Shown here one piece after another: positions 48,415 through 62,247 of a stretch of 64,000 nucleotides of DNA. The notes beneath the pieces were generated by a model, which had not been told where the DNA came from, ran no database searches, and saw only the letters and a list, made by a program, of their open reading frames with translations. A program made the position numbers and the translations under genes. Numbering within the stretch: position 1 is the first letter of the stretch; the number at the start of each line of letters is the position of its first letter. The DNA is from Squalus acanthias (Eukaryota): contig CM059433.1 of assembly GCA_030390025.1 (NCBI GenBank), forward strand, positions 12,154,001 to 12,218,000, in the 5' to 3' direction.

Positions 48415-49212
48415 ATAGACAGACTGGTGAAATGGGCAGAACAATGCAGAGATATGTGAAGTGATTTATTTTGGTAGGAAGAATGAGGAGAGGCAATATA
48501 AGCTAAATGGTGCAATTTTAAAGGGGGTGCAGGAACACAAATCTTTGAAGGTGGCAGGACAAGTTGATAAGGCTGTTAAAAAGGCATACGGATCCTTGGC
48601 TTTATAAATAGAGGTACAGAGTACAAAAGTAAGCAAGTTATGTTAAACCTTTATAAAACACTGTTTCGGCCCCAGCTGGAGTATTGTGTTCAATTCTGGG
48701 CACCACACTTTAGGAAGGATGTCAAGGCCTTGGGGAGCATGTAGAGGAGATTTACTAGTATGGTACCAGTGATGAAAGACTTCAGTTATGTGGAGAGATT
48801 AGAGAAACTGGGGCTGTTCTCCTTAGAGCAGAGCAGAGTAGGTTAAGGGGAGATTTGACAGAGGTGCTCAAAATGTTGAACCGTTTTGATAGAGTAAATA
48901 AACTGTTTCCAGTGGCAGGAGGGTCGGTAACCAGAGGACCCAGATTTGAGGTAATTGGCACAAGAACCAGAGGCGGCATGAGGAAACTTTTTTTACACAG
49001 CGAGTTGTTATGATCTGGAATTTACTGCCTGAAAGGGCGATGGAAGCAGATTCAATAACAACTTTCAGAAGGGAATTGGATAAATACTTGAAGTGTAAAA
49101 ATTTGTAGGGCTGTGGGGAAAGAGCAGGGGAGTGGGACTAATTGGATAGCTCTTTCAAAGAGCCGGCATGGGCCGAATGGCCTCCTTCTGTGCTTTGTCA
49201 TTCTATGATTCT
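48415..49212 (+). mobile_element. CR1 3' portion
   Basis: GGCCCCAGCTGGAGTATTGTGTTCAATTCTGG (RPQLEYCVQFW); tail TTCTATGATTCTG. Confidence 0.85.
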
Positions 49213-49214
49213 GT

Positions 49215-50190
49215 AGCCCTTCAGAATCTGCTAGATTTCACTTGTATTTATTTAAGCTTTTATTTTAGCTTGATAGTGTCTCTTACCTCTGACCACGGCT
49301 GCTTAACTGCACAAGTGAAGCTTTTGCCTTTTAGTGGTATGTACTGGTCTTGTATTGTGCCAAATATTTCTTTGAATACTTCCTACTGTTTATCTGTAGG
49401 TTTACCAATTAACAGTTCAACCCTGTCTACTGTGGTCAATTTGTTTCTTAACCCTTCAAATTCTGCCTTACTTCAATTTAAAACTTTGGTTTGTCACTCT
49501 CCCATCTCCCTCTCAAACATAATGTCAATATCATAATCTAGTCACTATTCACAAGCTGTTCCCTTACCATCAGATTGTTAACTAATTCTGGTTTGTTACT
49601 CATTACTCAATGTTCTATGGGCTGTTTTGATTTTGGTTCTAAAACATATTGTCCGGAATATATTCCAGTGACATCAATGACTAGGAGTACCTGAATGCAC
49701 CCAAAGCAGCCCTATTTGCATCACAAAGACGAGGGAGGCCACTCAGCCCATCCTACCATCTTACCCATCAGTGTCTAACTGCCTCTTGAATTTTTGTCTG
49801 CACTATCATACCCAGAAGGCCGTTCCAGGTGTAATCAATGGTTCTCAAATGATTTCTGACATCAGCGCTGAATTTGCCTTTTACCACCTTGTACATAAGT
49901 CACCTTGTCCTGCAATTATGTTTAAACATGAAGTCGTGCTCAGGATTAACCTTTTCTATTCCACTTTGCATCTTGCATACCTCTGTCAAGTCCCCTTTTA
50001 TTTACCTCCTTTCCAGGCTGGGTTTTTCTAACCTTTCCTCATGACTTGGTTCTCTAAAACTAGGGCTGAGCCTTCTGGCCTTGCTGTGCATCACTTCCAG
50101 GCTTTGAATGTTTCCTTTGTGCCTCAGTGACTAGAACTGAATGTAGTAGTCAAGGTATGACGTGACCCGAGCACGATACAGCTTCAGCAT
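49215..50190 (-). mobile_element. Older CR1 fragments
   Basis: Degenerate similarity to the CR1 endonuclease-linker and 3' regions seen elsewhere in the window. Confidence 0.55.
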
Positions 50191-50321
50191 GACTTTAATG
50201 GGACCTCAAATTTAGACTGACTGGCAACACAAATTATTGGTCGTAGACTTTCCTTCTCTTTAATGTTTCACTTATTTTTGGTTAAATTTCAAATTTATCT
50301 GCTCTTCACAAAACGTGTGAG

Positions 50322-50555
50322 GGGAGATTTTCCTGGGTCTGCACGCAGGCTGCTGATTTCCTGGGCACAGCAAATATCAGAAAAACAGGCCTGTCTGAAC
50401 ACATGACGACTGTCAAGAAACCGTCCGATTGTCCTATATTAATTTTAAATAGAAGGAAAATTGAGTGAGTTCCTTTACAGGTGTGTGCAGTTTTCTGATA
50501 TTTGCTATGCTGAGGTAATCCAGTGCGCCTGGGTGCAGACCCAGGAAAATCTCCC
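50322..50555. mobile_element. Fold-back MITE (about 234 bp)
   Basis: Perfect 23-bp inverted ends GGGAGATTTTCCTGGGTCTGCAC / GTGCAGACCCAGGAAAATCTCCC. Inner inverted pair AGCAAATATCAGAAAA / TTTTCTGATATTTGCT. Confidence 0.85.
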
Positions 50556-51528
50556 TATAACCCTGTTCTCAGATTCGAAAATATATATTGGGGGTTTTTA
50601 TTAAATGATATCACAGATATGGAGGTGAGCAGCACCATAGAAAATTGTGGAGTTATGAAACCAATGGAATGGAAATCAGGTGGGTTCCAAAATGGACATG
50701 CGATCTGCAGTGCCAGATTACCGCGCATGCGATGATGATGATGAATTTGCCCCACTGTCTCTGACCCATATAAACTCGGATGGTCCTGGCTTTGATCTCC
50801 ATTTAGTGCTGAGTTAACTGACCTCAGCTGGGGCATGGGGTAGGACCACAAATGTTCATGGTGCCAAAGGGTTGGGGAATGGCAGATCAACCTGTGTTCC
50901 TACCTCTGATTGCTATCCCAGAGTCCCAGCTGGAAGTGCGTGTATGTGACGTCGCGTGAGAACTGAATTAAATATACTGCCAGCACACACTGCCAAGGAT
51001 CATGCATAAATAATTGCCACTTAGGTGAGGTATCTGAGGGGGGGGGGGGGGATATCACTGTCTGTGGAATTGTATCCTAGCGAGGGAATCATTGCCTCCT
51101 GAAGAGGGGGAGAAAATATTGGATAGGAAAGAAAGGTAAAATAAGGGTAGTTTCTTTATTTAAAAAAAAATTGTAGTTGTCATTAGTGTTTGTAAAAAGC
51201 AAATGTATATAGGTATGAGATGAAATTGTTTGATCAAAATGACAGTATCAGCACACGAAGAGCCCTTTAGTTCAATGTATATTGATGAAATTATCCTTGA
51301 CCGGATCAATAACTTCTAGCTTGAATGCATCACCCCATGAAACCATGCTTCTTTTCCTCAGGCTCCTGACCGTGTTCTTGAAACTAGCCCTGCACTCCAA
51401 GGACACTATTGATCAAACCTAGTGCTCATGCTCCATTTCCTAATCTAGAGGGTAATTTTTTTTTTTTTTAAAGCCTGTCAGCCAGTGTTTCATTACTAAT
51501 TTTTGAATGTGGATTATTATGTTTTTAG

Positions 51529-51661
51529 ATTCACATCATAGATTTTGATGACGAAAATAACATTATTAACAAGAACGTCCTTCTGCATCAAGTAGGAGAA
51601 ATATGGCACATGAGTACCAGCCCTGCAGATAAAGGTGTGCTGGCAACTTGCTACAATAAAA
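51529..51661 (+). CDS. EIPR1: EIPR1 coding exon 3 (133 nt, phase 0 to 1)
   Basis: tttttag|ATT acceptor. Translates [44 protein letters not shown]. Donor AAA|gtaagt. Confidence 0.95.
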
Positions 51662-52989
51662 GTAAGTGTAGTGAATTGATTGGACCATTGACCCATTGGA
51701 TAAAATAGGCTAGATTTTAAAACAGCAAAAAAAATTCTGCACATTTGCATTTCATAAACATGGGCATTCAATAAATGCAAAAGTGCAGAAACGCTATGCA
51801 ATGTTTTCCTTTTTTGGGATTTTGTAAATTGTTTATATCAATCATAAGTATTTTCCCTCAGTTTTCTTTATTTTACAAATGTAGCTTAGATTTTTTTGTG
51901 TCTATAAATGCGATTAACATTTATAATATCTCATTACATAAATGGATATTCAGAAAATTATTACTGTTTTGCTTTTAAAAGCTTCATACTGAATTTGAAG
52001 CAATCCTGGTATCAAGAGTAGAAAATAAAATAAAAAATGTTTCTAATGCAATAAATTAGCTGTCATGCTGAAGGTGTAACTTCCAGCAAGTGAAGTCACT
52101 GCTTATGATTTTGTGTGTTAAAGCTGTGACTACAGTGTTTGAGCTTGAGTTGCACAAGCAAAGCCGTAACCAATCTCTTTATAAATAATAAAGTGTGAAA
52201 AGTCCAGTGGCCAAGTAATGACATTCGAGTGGCAGCTGGTTACCAGAAATTCATTGTGTGCGGCAACTGTGTTCAACTTGCCTCTTTTAATTCTATTTTC
52301 TAAACAAATAGGAGCCCAAAAAATGCAGGCCTTTCCAGTGCATTCCCGACATGAGTCTGCTAGTAGTGTGGCGGAAGGCCCAGGAATTAGGCGTCCCCAA
52401 TTACACTCCGACCTTTCTAATGATCTTTATCGGCAAGATTGCAAATTTAGTGGCAGTTAGTGCCACATTTTTTTGCCACTTGGTGCCAAATTCTGTGCTG
52501 GGGACCTGCGGCACTAGTAATTAGTTTGAAACAACCAAAACATATTTCACTTGGGACCTTTGCAGCCAATAGTTTCCATCAATAAAAGTCTCTCATTCCT
52601 TCAGTCTGGACTGCTATTTGTCCCAGGACCCCGAAGCGAAAGGATCATGTGCTAATCTCCTGTGCGACCCAGTCTGCCTTCTGTTGATGTATTTTATTTA
52701 AAATCTTCTGATCTCTCATCGAAATAAAGTTCAGTGCTTCCCCAGTTGACTGGTGGAGATTGAAAATTCACCACAGCCAAAACTGTAGCCACAAACTCTC
52801 AGGCTGCCATTCCATGTTAGATTGTGTTGGTACACCAATAAGCTACAGTATTTTGAAACAAATCTTCAGTTGATTGTAGAACATCCAGTGTGGCATCATT
52901 TTGAGACATTGGAGAGTTTCACTTGGTAGCTTTATTAGCTAATGTGACATTTTAATTTTTTCTGCCATTGAATTAAGTTATGGGACTGG

Positions 52990-54620
52990 AGAAGGTTCCA
53001 GAGTTAGGGTGGAGAAGGCAGTAAGAGATTTAAACACGAGGATGAGAATTTTATATTGGAAGCTTTGGAGTCAGCAAGGGCGGGAATAATGGGCGAGTGG
53101 GATATGGTGCGGGACAGAATACCAGCAGCAGAGTTTTGGATGAGCTGACGTTTACAGAGCATGGTATACGGGATGCTGTGTAGGAGAGTCTTGGAATAGT
53201 CATGTCACGAATGAGAGTTTCAGCAGCAAATGGGCTGAAGCAAGGGCGGAAGCGGGCGATGTTACATAGGTGGAAGTAGATAGTCTTTGTGATGGAGAGG
53301 ATATGGGGTCTGAAGCTCAGCTCAGAATTGAATAGGATCGAGATTGCAAACAGTCTACTTCAACCTGAGACAGTGACTGGTGAGAGTGAGAGTCAGTGGC
53401 AAGAGTACAAAGTTTGTGGTAGGGGCCCGAAGACAATGACTTCGGTCTTTCCAATGTTTAACTGGAAGAAAGTGCAGCTCATGCAAGACTGGATGTTGGA
53501 CAAGCAGCCAGCAACACAGAGGCAGTGGAGGCGTCGAGAAAGGTTGTGGAGAGGTATTATTGGGTGTCGTCAGCGTGGAAGATAACCCATGTCTGTGGAT
53601 GATGTCACCAAGGGGCAGCATATTGATGAGGAGGGGGGGGTGATGTCGAGGATAAATCCTTGGAGGACTCCTGAGGAAATGATGCAGGGATGGGAAGAGA
53701 AGTCATTGTTGGAGATGCTCTGGCTACAATCGGATAGGTAAGAGTGGAGCCAAGTAAGAGCAGTCACATTGAGCTGGACAGCAGAGAGGTGTTGGAAGAG
53801 GATGGTAAATTCAACCATGCCAAAGGCTGCAGAGAGAATGAGTAGGGATAATGCACCACAGTCACAGAGGATGTCATTTAGGACTGTTTCAGTGCTGTGT
53901 CGGGGTGGAAATCTGATTGGAGAGATTCAAACATGGAGTAGTGGAAAGTTGGACACTGTTTTGGGAGACAACAACTCATTCAAGGACTTGAGAGAGGGAA
54001 GAGAGCTTGGAATGGGATGGTAGTTAGCAAAAATCAGGTCAAAGCTCTGCGCCCCTGCCAAAACAAGTCATGAATGGTGGTGGGAAACTAAGAAACTAAT
54101 GGGAGGCTAAAGCATTTGCAACCATCTTCAGCCAGAAGTGGCGAGTCGGTGATCCTTCTCGGCCTCCTCCCGAGGTCCCCACCATCACAGATGCCAGTCT
54201 CCAGCCAAATCGATTCACTCCACATGATATCAAGAAACAGCTGAGTGCACTAGGGACAGCAAAGACTACAGGCCCCGACAACATTCTGCCAGTAGTACTA
54301 AAGACCTCTGCTCCAGAACTAGCTGCACACCTAGCCAAGCTGTTCCTGTACCGCTACAACGCTGGCATCTACCTGACAATGTGGGAACTGCCTAGGTATG
54401 TTCTGTCCACAAAAAGCAGGCAGAGGAGTTGAGGGTGGATTTTTTTGACAAGTGGGTGATGACAGCTGTTTGACAGGGCAGGGGGCAGTATTTGAGGAGA
54501 GGAAACCATTTACAGTGTCAGCTGACATGGGGGCCAAGAAGGGAAGTTGGGTGCCAGCAGTTTAATGGGCATGGGGTCAAGAGGGGCAGGGGAGGAAGTG
54601 GATCTACAGACAAGATGAGC
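52990..54620 (-). mobile_element. Decayed L2 fragments, with a plus-strand family-B internal piece at about 54060-54420
   Basis: MLPLGDIIHRHGLS and ALTWLHSYLSDCSQ..SGVLQGFIL peptides. Insert is collinear with 45120-45430. Confidence 0.75.
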
Positions 54621-54754
54621 TCAATACCCTTAACTTTGCAGTTGAATTACTATTTTGCGAGCTTTGTTTATTACCTTAAATTTCTTAATAAATTCCATTT
54701 ATTTTTCTGCCCAATTGTAAAGTCTTTGCACATCTCTTTCAAATGTCAACTTGT

Positions 54755-55120
54755 CTCAATTGGTAGCACTCTTAAATTGTATCAGAAGGTTGAGGGTTTG
54801 AGCCCCATACCCAAGTTTGTGATGGCAATCTAGGTTGACATTCAGTGCGATGCTGAGGGAATGCTGCATTGTTGGAGGTGCCATCTTTGAATAAAACATT
54901 AAACTGTTCCAGTGATTGAGGTGGACATCAATGATCCCATGCCATTTTTCCAAGAAGAGCAGGGAGTTCTCCGTCATTCTGGCCAACAATGCTTCTTCAA
55001 GCACCTAAAACAGATTAACTTGACGTTGATCTTATTGCTGACACAGAATGGCTGACATATTTGCCTACATAACAACGGTCACTGCACTTCAAAAGAAATT
55101 CATTGTGTGAAGAGACATTT
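54755..55120 (+). mobile_element. Degenerate Deu-domain SINE
   Basis: GGTAGCACTCT..TCAGAAGGTTG head; GGAGGTGCCATCTTT..GGTGGACATC..GATCCCATG..AAGAAGAGCAGGGAGTT body. Confidence 0.7.
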
Positions 55121-55724
55121 CAGTTTGATCAGAGACTATAAATGACAAGTATTATTTAATTCCTTTCTGTGAACCTTCTACCTCTGCACAACTTGGTGTC
55201 GTGCACATTATGAATTTGTATTTTTAACTCCTTAATTGTGATCATTGATGAAATGTAGCTCCTGGAATACCTCTTCACAGAGAAGAGGTGCATTATATTC
55301 AGTGGATGATACTAAGTTGGCCTTCCTGCATTCTGATGCATGTAGAGGTCATGAACATTTGCCTCCATACCTGTTCCCATTCCTCTTCTGTAATTTGATA
55401 GTTTAGACTTTCTTCCCAGGCATCTTTTAAGCTTTCTGCTGTGTGCTATCATGGTGTATGCAATGGAAATATGTCTGTGGGAGTTTCCTGGTTAGTGAAA
55501 ATTGTAATCTTGGGGTGAGGAAGAGTGGGTTTGCGCTGGACTTTGCAGATTATTGCTGTGAACTGCAGGTAGCAGTTGTTTTGGAGGTAACTGAATAAGT
55601 TGGACTGCATAGGCAGAATTTATTTGGCAACTGTTGCAACGTCCTGAGGACCTTCATAAGAGAACATAGCCTATCAAGGTGATTGATACTAATCTCACAT
55701 CAGGTTCTGGAGCTATTCATGGCA

Positions 55725-56570
55725 AGTGCATAGAATTAGATAGAATTTACACCACAAAAACAGGCCATTTGGCCCAACAATTCTATGCTGGTGTTTATGG
55801 TCCATATGCGCCTCCAACCACCTTATTTCATCTCGCCTCATCAACATATCCTTCTATTCCTTCCTCCCTCATGTACTTATCTAGCTTCCCCTTAAATGTA
55901 TCTATGCTATTCGCCTCAACTACTCCATGTGGTAGCAAGTTCCACATTCTCACTGCTCTTCAGTAAAGAAGTTTCTCCTGAATTCCTTATTGGATTTATT
56001 TGTGACTATCTTATATTTATGACCCCTAATTTTGTACTCCCCACAAGTGGAAACATCTTCTCTATGTCTACCTTATCAAGCCTCTTCATAATTTTAAAGA
56101 CCTCTATCATAGTCATCTCTCAGTCTTTTTCTAAAGAAAAGAACCCCAGCCTGTTAGTTGTACACTCCCAGTTCTGGTATCATCCTTGTAAATCTCTTTT
56201 TGCACTTTCTCCAGTCCCTCTATATCCTTTTTGTAATATGGAGACCAGAACTGTGCACAGTACTTTAAGTGTGGTCTAACCAAGGTTCTATACAAGTTTA
56301 ACATAACTTCTCTGCTTTTCAATTCTATTCCTCTAGAAATGCACCCCAGTGCTTTATTTACTTTTTATGGTTTTGTTAATCTGTGTTGCTACTTTTAATG
56401 ATTTGTGAATCTGTACCAGATCCTAGATCTCTTTGCGCCTCTACCCCATTTAGACTCTTATTTTCTAAGGAGTAGGTGGCCTCCTTATTCCTCCTACCAA
56501 AATGCACCACCTCACACTTATCTATATTGAAATTAATTTGTCATTTACACACCCATTCTGCAAGTTTGTT
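55725..56570 (-). mobile_element. CR1 3' portion
   Basis: [40 protein letters not shown]. Confidence 0.85.
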
Positions 56571-57164
56571 ACCAGTAAAATTAATTAAAAGCTTTTAGTT
56601 TGTCGTGTACAAACTCTATTTTTAATTTACTTGTCAGAAATGACTAGGATATAAAAGAGCTGCATCTGACAGTTCCATGCTGCACCAAAGTAAACGGGGG
56701 GATGACAAGTCCAACGGTATTTTCAGTAATGTGCAGATGTCCTAATAGACTGTTGCGGTTAGTGCCACTATGGGTCTCGTCCCATCTGTGTGTCTCATAT
56801 GAATTTGATGAAGTCTTTGTTGCTAAATTTGAATGCCATGGTAACCAAGATGGTGAAATGATGTGTGCAAAGTGTAGTGTAAATGCTTCAAATTTTTCTT
56901 TTGCCTCATATGATCCAGACAACTAAGTATAAATTTCAACAAAACTGCAGGAAAAACTGTACCTCACCAGTTTCTTGGGAGGACCTGGATCACCTATGCC
57001 ACCTTGATCCCCAATGATGCAGGCAACCCTCATTCCCAAGAGCAGTGCTCCAGACAGCACTGGAGCAATGTAAGTGAAGATCCTCCATATAGCCTTGGGG
57101 GTTGGGGCTAGTGCAGGTAATCCAGAACCCGCTCGGATAGATCAAGAGACTTGTAATCTAAAAT

Positions 57165-57622
57165 AAAGACTTGCTTTTTTATAGCACCTTTCACGACCAC
57201 CGGACATCTCAAAGCGCTTTACAGTCAATGAAGTACTTTTGAAGTGGAGTCGCTGATGTAATGTGGGAAACGCGGCAGTCAATTTGCACACAGCAAGCTC
57301 CCACAAACGGCAATGTGATAATGACCAGATAATCTGTTTTTGTTATGTTGGTTGAGGGATAAATATTGGCCAGGACACCAGGGATAACTCCCCTACTCCT
57401 CTTCGAAATAGTGCCACGGGATCTTTTACGTCCGCCTGACAGAGCAGACGGGGCCTCGGTTTAACGTCTTATCCGAAAGATGGCACAATCCAACAGTGCA
57501 GCACTCCCTCAGCACTGGAGTGTCAGTCTAGCTTTATGTGCTCAAGTCCCTGGAGTGGGACTTGAACCCACAACCTTCTGACTCAGAGGTGAGAGTGCTG
57601 CCAACTGAGCCACAGCTGACAC
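57165..57622 (-). mobile_element. Full-length Deu-domain tRNA-SINE
   Basis: Closely collinear with 4428-4866. A and B boxes present. Confidence 0.85.
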
Positions 57623-60600
57623 TGTATAATCTATAAGAAATACACTTTGAAATATTTACCGATTATCTGTCTGATGTCTCCCGATCTGTGTATTTTATGC
57701 AACACGGTGTACACAAATAAGACTTGGTCATTGACATATTGAAAACTCCCGAACTTAAATGGGATACTCATCTTAAACTATTTTGTAAACACTTTCTGCC
57801 CTGAACATCCTGTCGCTGCCTTTAATTTTGGTAGTTAAAGTGTTCATACCAGAAGCTGTACGTGCATACTTTGGGGCTATGTTCTGCATTCATTATTAAT
57901 CGGAAAGAATGTTAGGCAGATGGGGCCAGAAGGAGCAACATGCTCCAAATGTCACAATTCAATGTACAAATGTTAACCGTGAAGAGGAAGTTTTTGAATA
58001 ATTTAATAATTTAACAAGACTAACTTTATTTTTGCAAGCCTGTAATACAGCAGCAAATAGAAATGATATAAAAAGCCTTCCTTTTTGCCTGCCCTTTATC
58101 TCCTTTCATTTCTCTTTTTTCCCCTCTTTTCTTTTGTCATTTTTTTATTTTGCTTTTCTATTTTCTATCCTTCCTCATATCTTTGTCCATTTTTGCTTCC
58201 TTCGTTCGTTTTTCCCAGATTTATTCTTGTTCTTTGTCTTGCTTCCCGATTCCCCTCTGTCCTTCCTCCTGTGGCACTGAATGCTCATTATCCCTGCAGC
58301 AGTATGGAGTCTCTCTGATCAGCTCTATTGATTTTCCTTGCTGCTGGTAATGATAAGACAGGCTTTCTTACCACTATAGAGTATCCACTGTAAGTTGAGT
58401 GCACAGAAGGATTTTTGAAATAAAAGCAAGAAATCTGAAGGGAACACATTTATAGAAGGTAGTAAGAATGAGGGAGCTAGCTAGTAAATTGACTGTTAAG
58501 GTTACAGGTAGCCAGGTTAATAGATTTATTTTGTAAATGTGTCTCTTCACACAAAGCAATGAATTAAAATAAAACAATAAAAAAGTACATTTGGAATGAA
58601 ATGAGGCAGAGCATCACACCCTATAAGTATCAAATTAAATGGAATGAACTGCCTGTGTGTGGTTAATAGCTAAATTAAAAAGTCTACAGTACATTATCTT
58701 CCCAGTAGCTGTATTTGGATTCAACAGAAAACCGATGCACTGTGCAAAAAAAAAACCAGGCAGTATCTTAGGACAACTAAACATTACCAAAGGTAGCAAG
58801 GCATCAGTAGATAATCATGAACTCTGTTTTTGTCTTTCAATGACTTTTATCTTACTTATTGACAAGTGGTCAAAACAATGAAAACCCCTCCAAATCAAAA
58901 GCTAAAGTGGCAGGTTCACGATGTACAAATATTTGTAACATACGCTGCGTCAAAACCAAAAATCTATGAAGCGTAATCTTGCAAAGAATCATCCAGAAAC
59001 CTTAATTCTTGGTTTAACTTTCATTTGATACTGCAGATGTTAAAATGTTTTTGTAAAACACTTTGATACAAACAAATTAAATGATGAACTTCTGTGCCTT
59101 TATAATAAATAATATAAGCATCTCACAAACCTCCAGCACCAGAAAGTATTTTAACCAATGTGATACATGTTCCTCTATTTGCAACTATTTTTAAATTGGA
59201 ACTGTACTACAATTTTTGCATCTTGTATGTGGAGAACCTGACATTTGAATCTATTTTTGTTTAAAAAGACACCAGGAAATAAGCCTGATTGTGGTGCATT
59301 TTCTTTGCAGCTTTATCACCCCCCTTGCACCATTCTCCAATCAAGGGAATAAGGAGATGACCCAGCTTCTGGCTTCTGGCAATGCTGCTTTTGAGCTAGC
59401 TGCTCATGACAGTGTTGTGGGTTGCCTAGCACTTCAATTATTTATTTTCTTTCCTGTTGGAAAAAGGTTCTCTAAAATGGACTAGGTGAGATTGTGAAAC
59501 TCACGGGTGAAGAATCGTAAGGTTGAGCCACCAGGCTGTTGCAGGGCACAACTCCCTATTCATATCCTGTCCTGTAATTTTGCATTAAAGAGCTTGCGTT
59601 ATGAATTGCAAATTAATGAATCAGCCAGGTAGCAGTCGGGCACTACAGTTAGCCTTCGTCCCCTTGAGTTAGAGAGAACAATACTCGGCATGGGCTCCTG
59701 TTCCTAATCACCCTCCAGTGTATGCCCCCCCCCCCCACCCGGGAAAATGTGCATGTGTGCACTTCAGGCAAGGACAGGATCAAACTAAGCTGTGGCTGTG
59801 ATGGCACCCACAGTTGAATAATCCGCTGACACCATCAAAAAGTACACATGGAAAGTGGTCACTTAGGTGTGGTACAGGAGGGTTTCTGGGCCCCAAGGAC
59901 CTGTACTCCCACTGTGAGTCAGCACTTTCAGGAGAGAAGGCGAATAATTGAGGAGGGGAAAGGAAAAGCAGCAAACATATAAGAAGCAAAATAGGAATGT
60001 TTTAAAATCGAATGGAGTTTTATTTTCTCAATTTTAAATGTTTGTTAGTCCTTGAAAGATTATTTTTATGGAAATGCAGATATAACTATATCCTCCGCCC
60101 CCCCCCGGCAACACTTTTGCCAGATACCTGCCAAGGTAACTAAATTACAATTAAGCAGTAGACAATAAAGAATAGTTTGATTTTTGTATGTGTAACGTGA
60201 GGTAAAATGAGTGTGTCAATGAAGGAAAAATGCCAAAGCTCTGAGTCTTGGATGTACCGACAGGCACACCATGGTTATCACAAGGTTCTTACGAAAACAC
60301 TGAGGGGGTGACTGGAACACATAAAATATTAAATTTGTCTAGCCTAATAGGGAGTGCACTCAGAAGCCATTGTCTGGAATTTACAGCACGAACGTCTGCA
60401 GTTCTCTGAATGAAATCTGCAGTATCCGCTTTTTGGATTGTTACTTACAAGTCAGATTCATAAATTCAGTAAAAGGTGTGATCTATGTGCTTGGGCCAAT
60501 TTAGAAGTGGGCCCATCAATAAATTAAAATAATATTTGCAACAAAATTTAAAGAAATAAAAAAGAACTGAAAATGAAATAATTTTCAAAATAGATCCAAG

Positions 60601-61569
60601 TATGATGTTTATCATTGTACTAATTCGTCTACCAGCATATAATTCCTCAGCAATTCTGAAACTTCAGCTACAAACTAGCAAACTAAGATTACTATTGGCC
60701 TAATTTTAGCACAATATTAGATACTGAGTTAATAATACCTTTTGTAACATCATTCACACATCAAGGGCATGAAGCATACTGACACAAGTGCCTAAAGCTG
60801 AATTTGAAATGATACACAATGCATGAAACTTCTACTATCCGGTCCAGACGCCAAGCTTTCCTTTTTGCAGTTTGACGTCACCAGAATTCCAAAATTAGAT
60901 TGTTTCACTGGCACACAATGTCCAGCTCAAGTGCTAAATTCAGGCCATCAGACATTTTGGACCAATTCACCAAGGCATTCTGAATATGCTGACAGGTTCC
61001 ATTGGTGCAGTTAGTTTGGTTTATTCCCTTTCTTCCTTTTCCTTATAACTCTTTGTCTCCTTTTCCTATCACCCAGTTCTTGGTACGAGCTTCTGTACAG
61101 GAAGATCATTACAGAAATCTCCCCGTGGCACTTCTAAAACTATTTTATCCAAGATGACAGCAAAAAATACTGGAAACATGCCGTATGATCCATCAAGCAG
61201 TTTAATCAATTTTTATTCCTGTAAACAATATCAATATTTAAAAAGAGTACTGGAGAACTGCTCCTCTAGCTTGTCGGCACTGAGAGTGATAATTTGTCCC
61301 AGTGCTGTTTGTGGAAATGGTGACTCTGGTGCTGTTGTGCACTGGAAGTTGTATTACTGGTTAATTCAAATATTTATATTTTAACTTAACATACACACAT
61401 TAATGACCATAGAACTGCAGATTTATGCTCAAGTGCTGAATTGAGCAGGTATCACTGGCGCAAACGGTGAATATAAAATAGAATCTTAGGCGTTGATGAG
61501 TTTAGGTTGTTAATTGTTTCACGTGCTTGTAAGTTTTATGCCAACTAAATTGCTGGGTTTAAATAACTG

Positions 61570-61970
61570 ATTGGCACCCCATCCACCACCGGCGTACCAT
61601 GGCTGCAGTGTGTACCATCTACAAGATGCACTGCAGCAACTCGCCAAGGCTTCTTTGGTAACACCTCCCAAACCCGCGACCTCTTCCACCTAGAAGGACA
61701 AGGGCAGCAGGCGCATGGGAACACCACCACCTCCAAGTTCCCCTCCAAGTCTCACACCATCCTGACTTAGAAGTATATCACCGATCCTTCATCGTCGCTG
61801 GGTCAAAATCCTGGAACTCCCTACCTAACAGCGCTGTGGGAGTACCTTCACCACACGGACTGCAGCGGTTCAAGAAGGCGGCTCACCACCACCTTCTCGA
61901 GGGCAACTAGGGATGGGCAATAAATGCCGGCCTTGCCAGCAACGCCCACATCCCATAAATGAATTTTTTA
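61570..61970 (+). mobile_element. LINE family B 3' end
   Basis: Reverse complement of about 43740-44150, with a short internal deletion. Confidence 0.9.
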
Positions 61971-62090
61971 AAAAAACTGGGTTCTCATATTTTAAGTTCA
62001 AGCTGTTTGCATTTGAGAGTGCAACGAATGATATTTTCTCTACATTTATTAAAAGATTTTTTGACGGTCGATTTTTATTTTGTTGCTTAG

Positions 62091-62247
62091 CTTCAGACAG
62101 TAAAGTCCTGACGTGTGCTGCTGTGTGGCGTATGCCGAAGGAATTGGAATCAGGCAGTCATGAATCTCCTGATGATTCATCAAGCAACCCACAGACCCTG
62201 GAGCTGCTTTGTCACCTTGACAACACAGCTCATGGCAACATGTCCTG
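62091..62247 (+). CDS. EIPR1: EIPR1 coding exon 4 (157 nt, phase 1 to 2)
   Basis: gcttag|CT acceptor. Translates (T)[51 protein letters not shown]. Donor TG|gtaggt. Confidence 0.95.

Noticed and set aside
58032..58350. Hydrophobic Phe/Leu-rich ORFs as membrane proteins
   Set aside because: They are translations of a pyrimidine-rich low-complexity tract.
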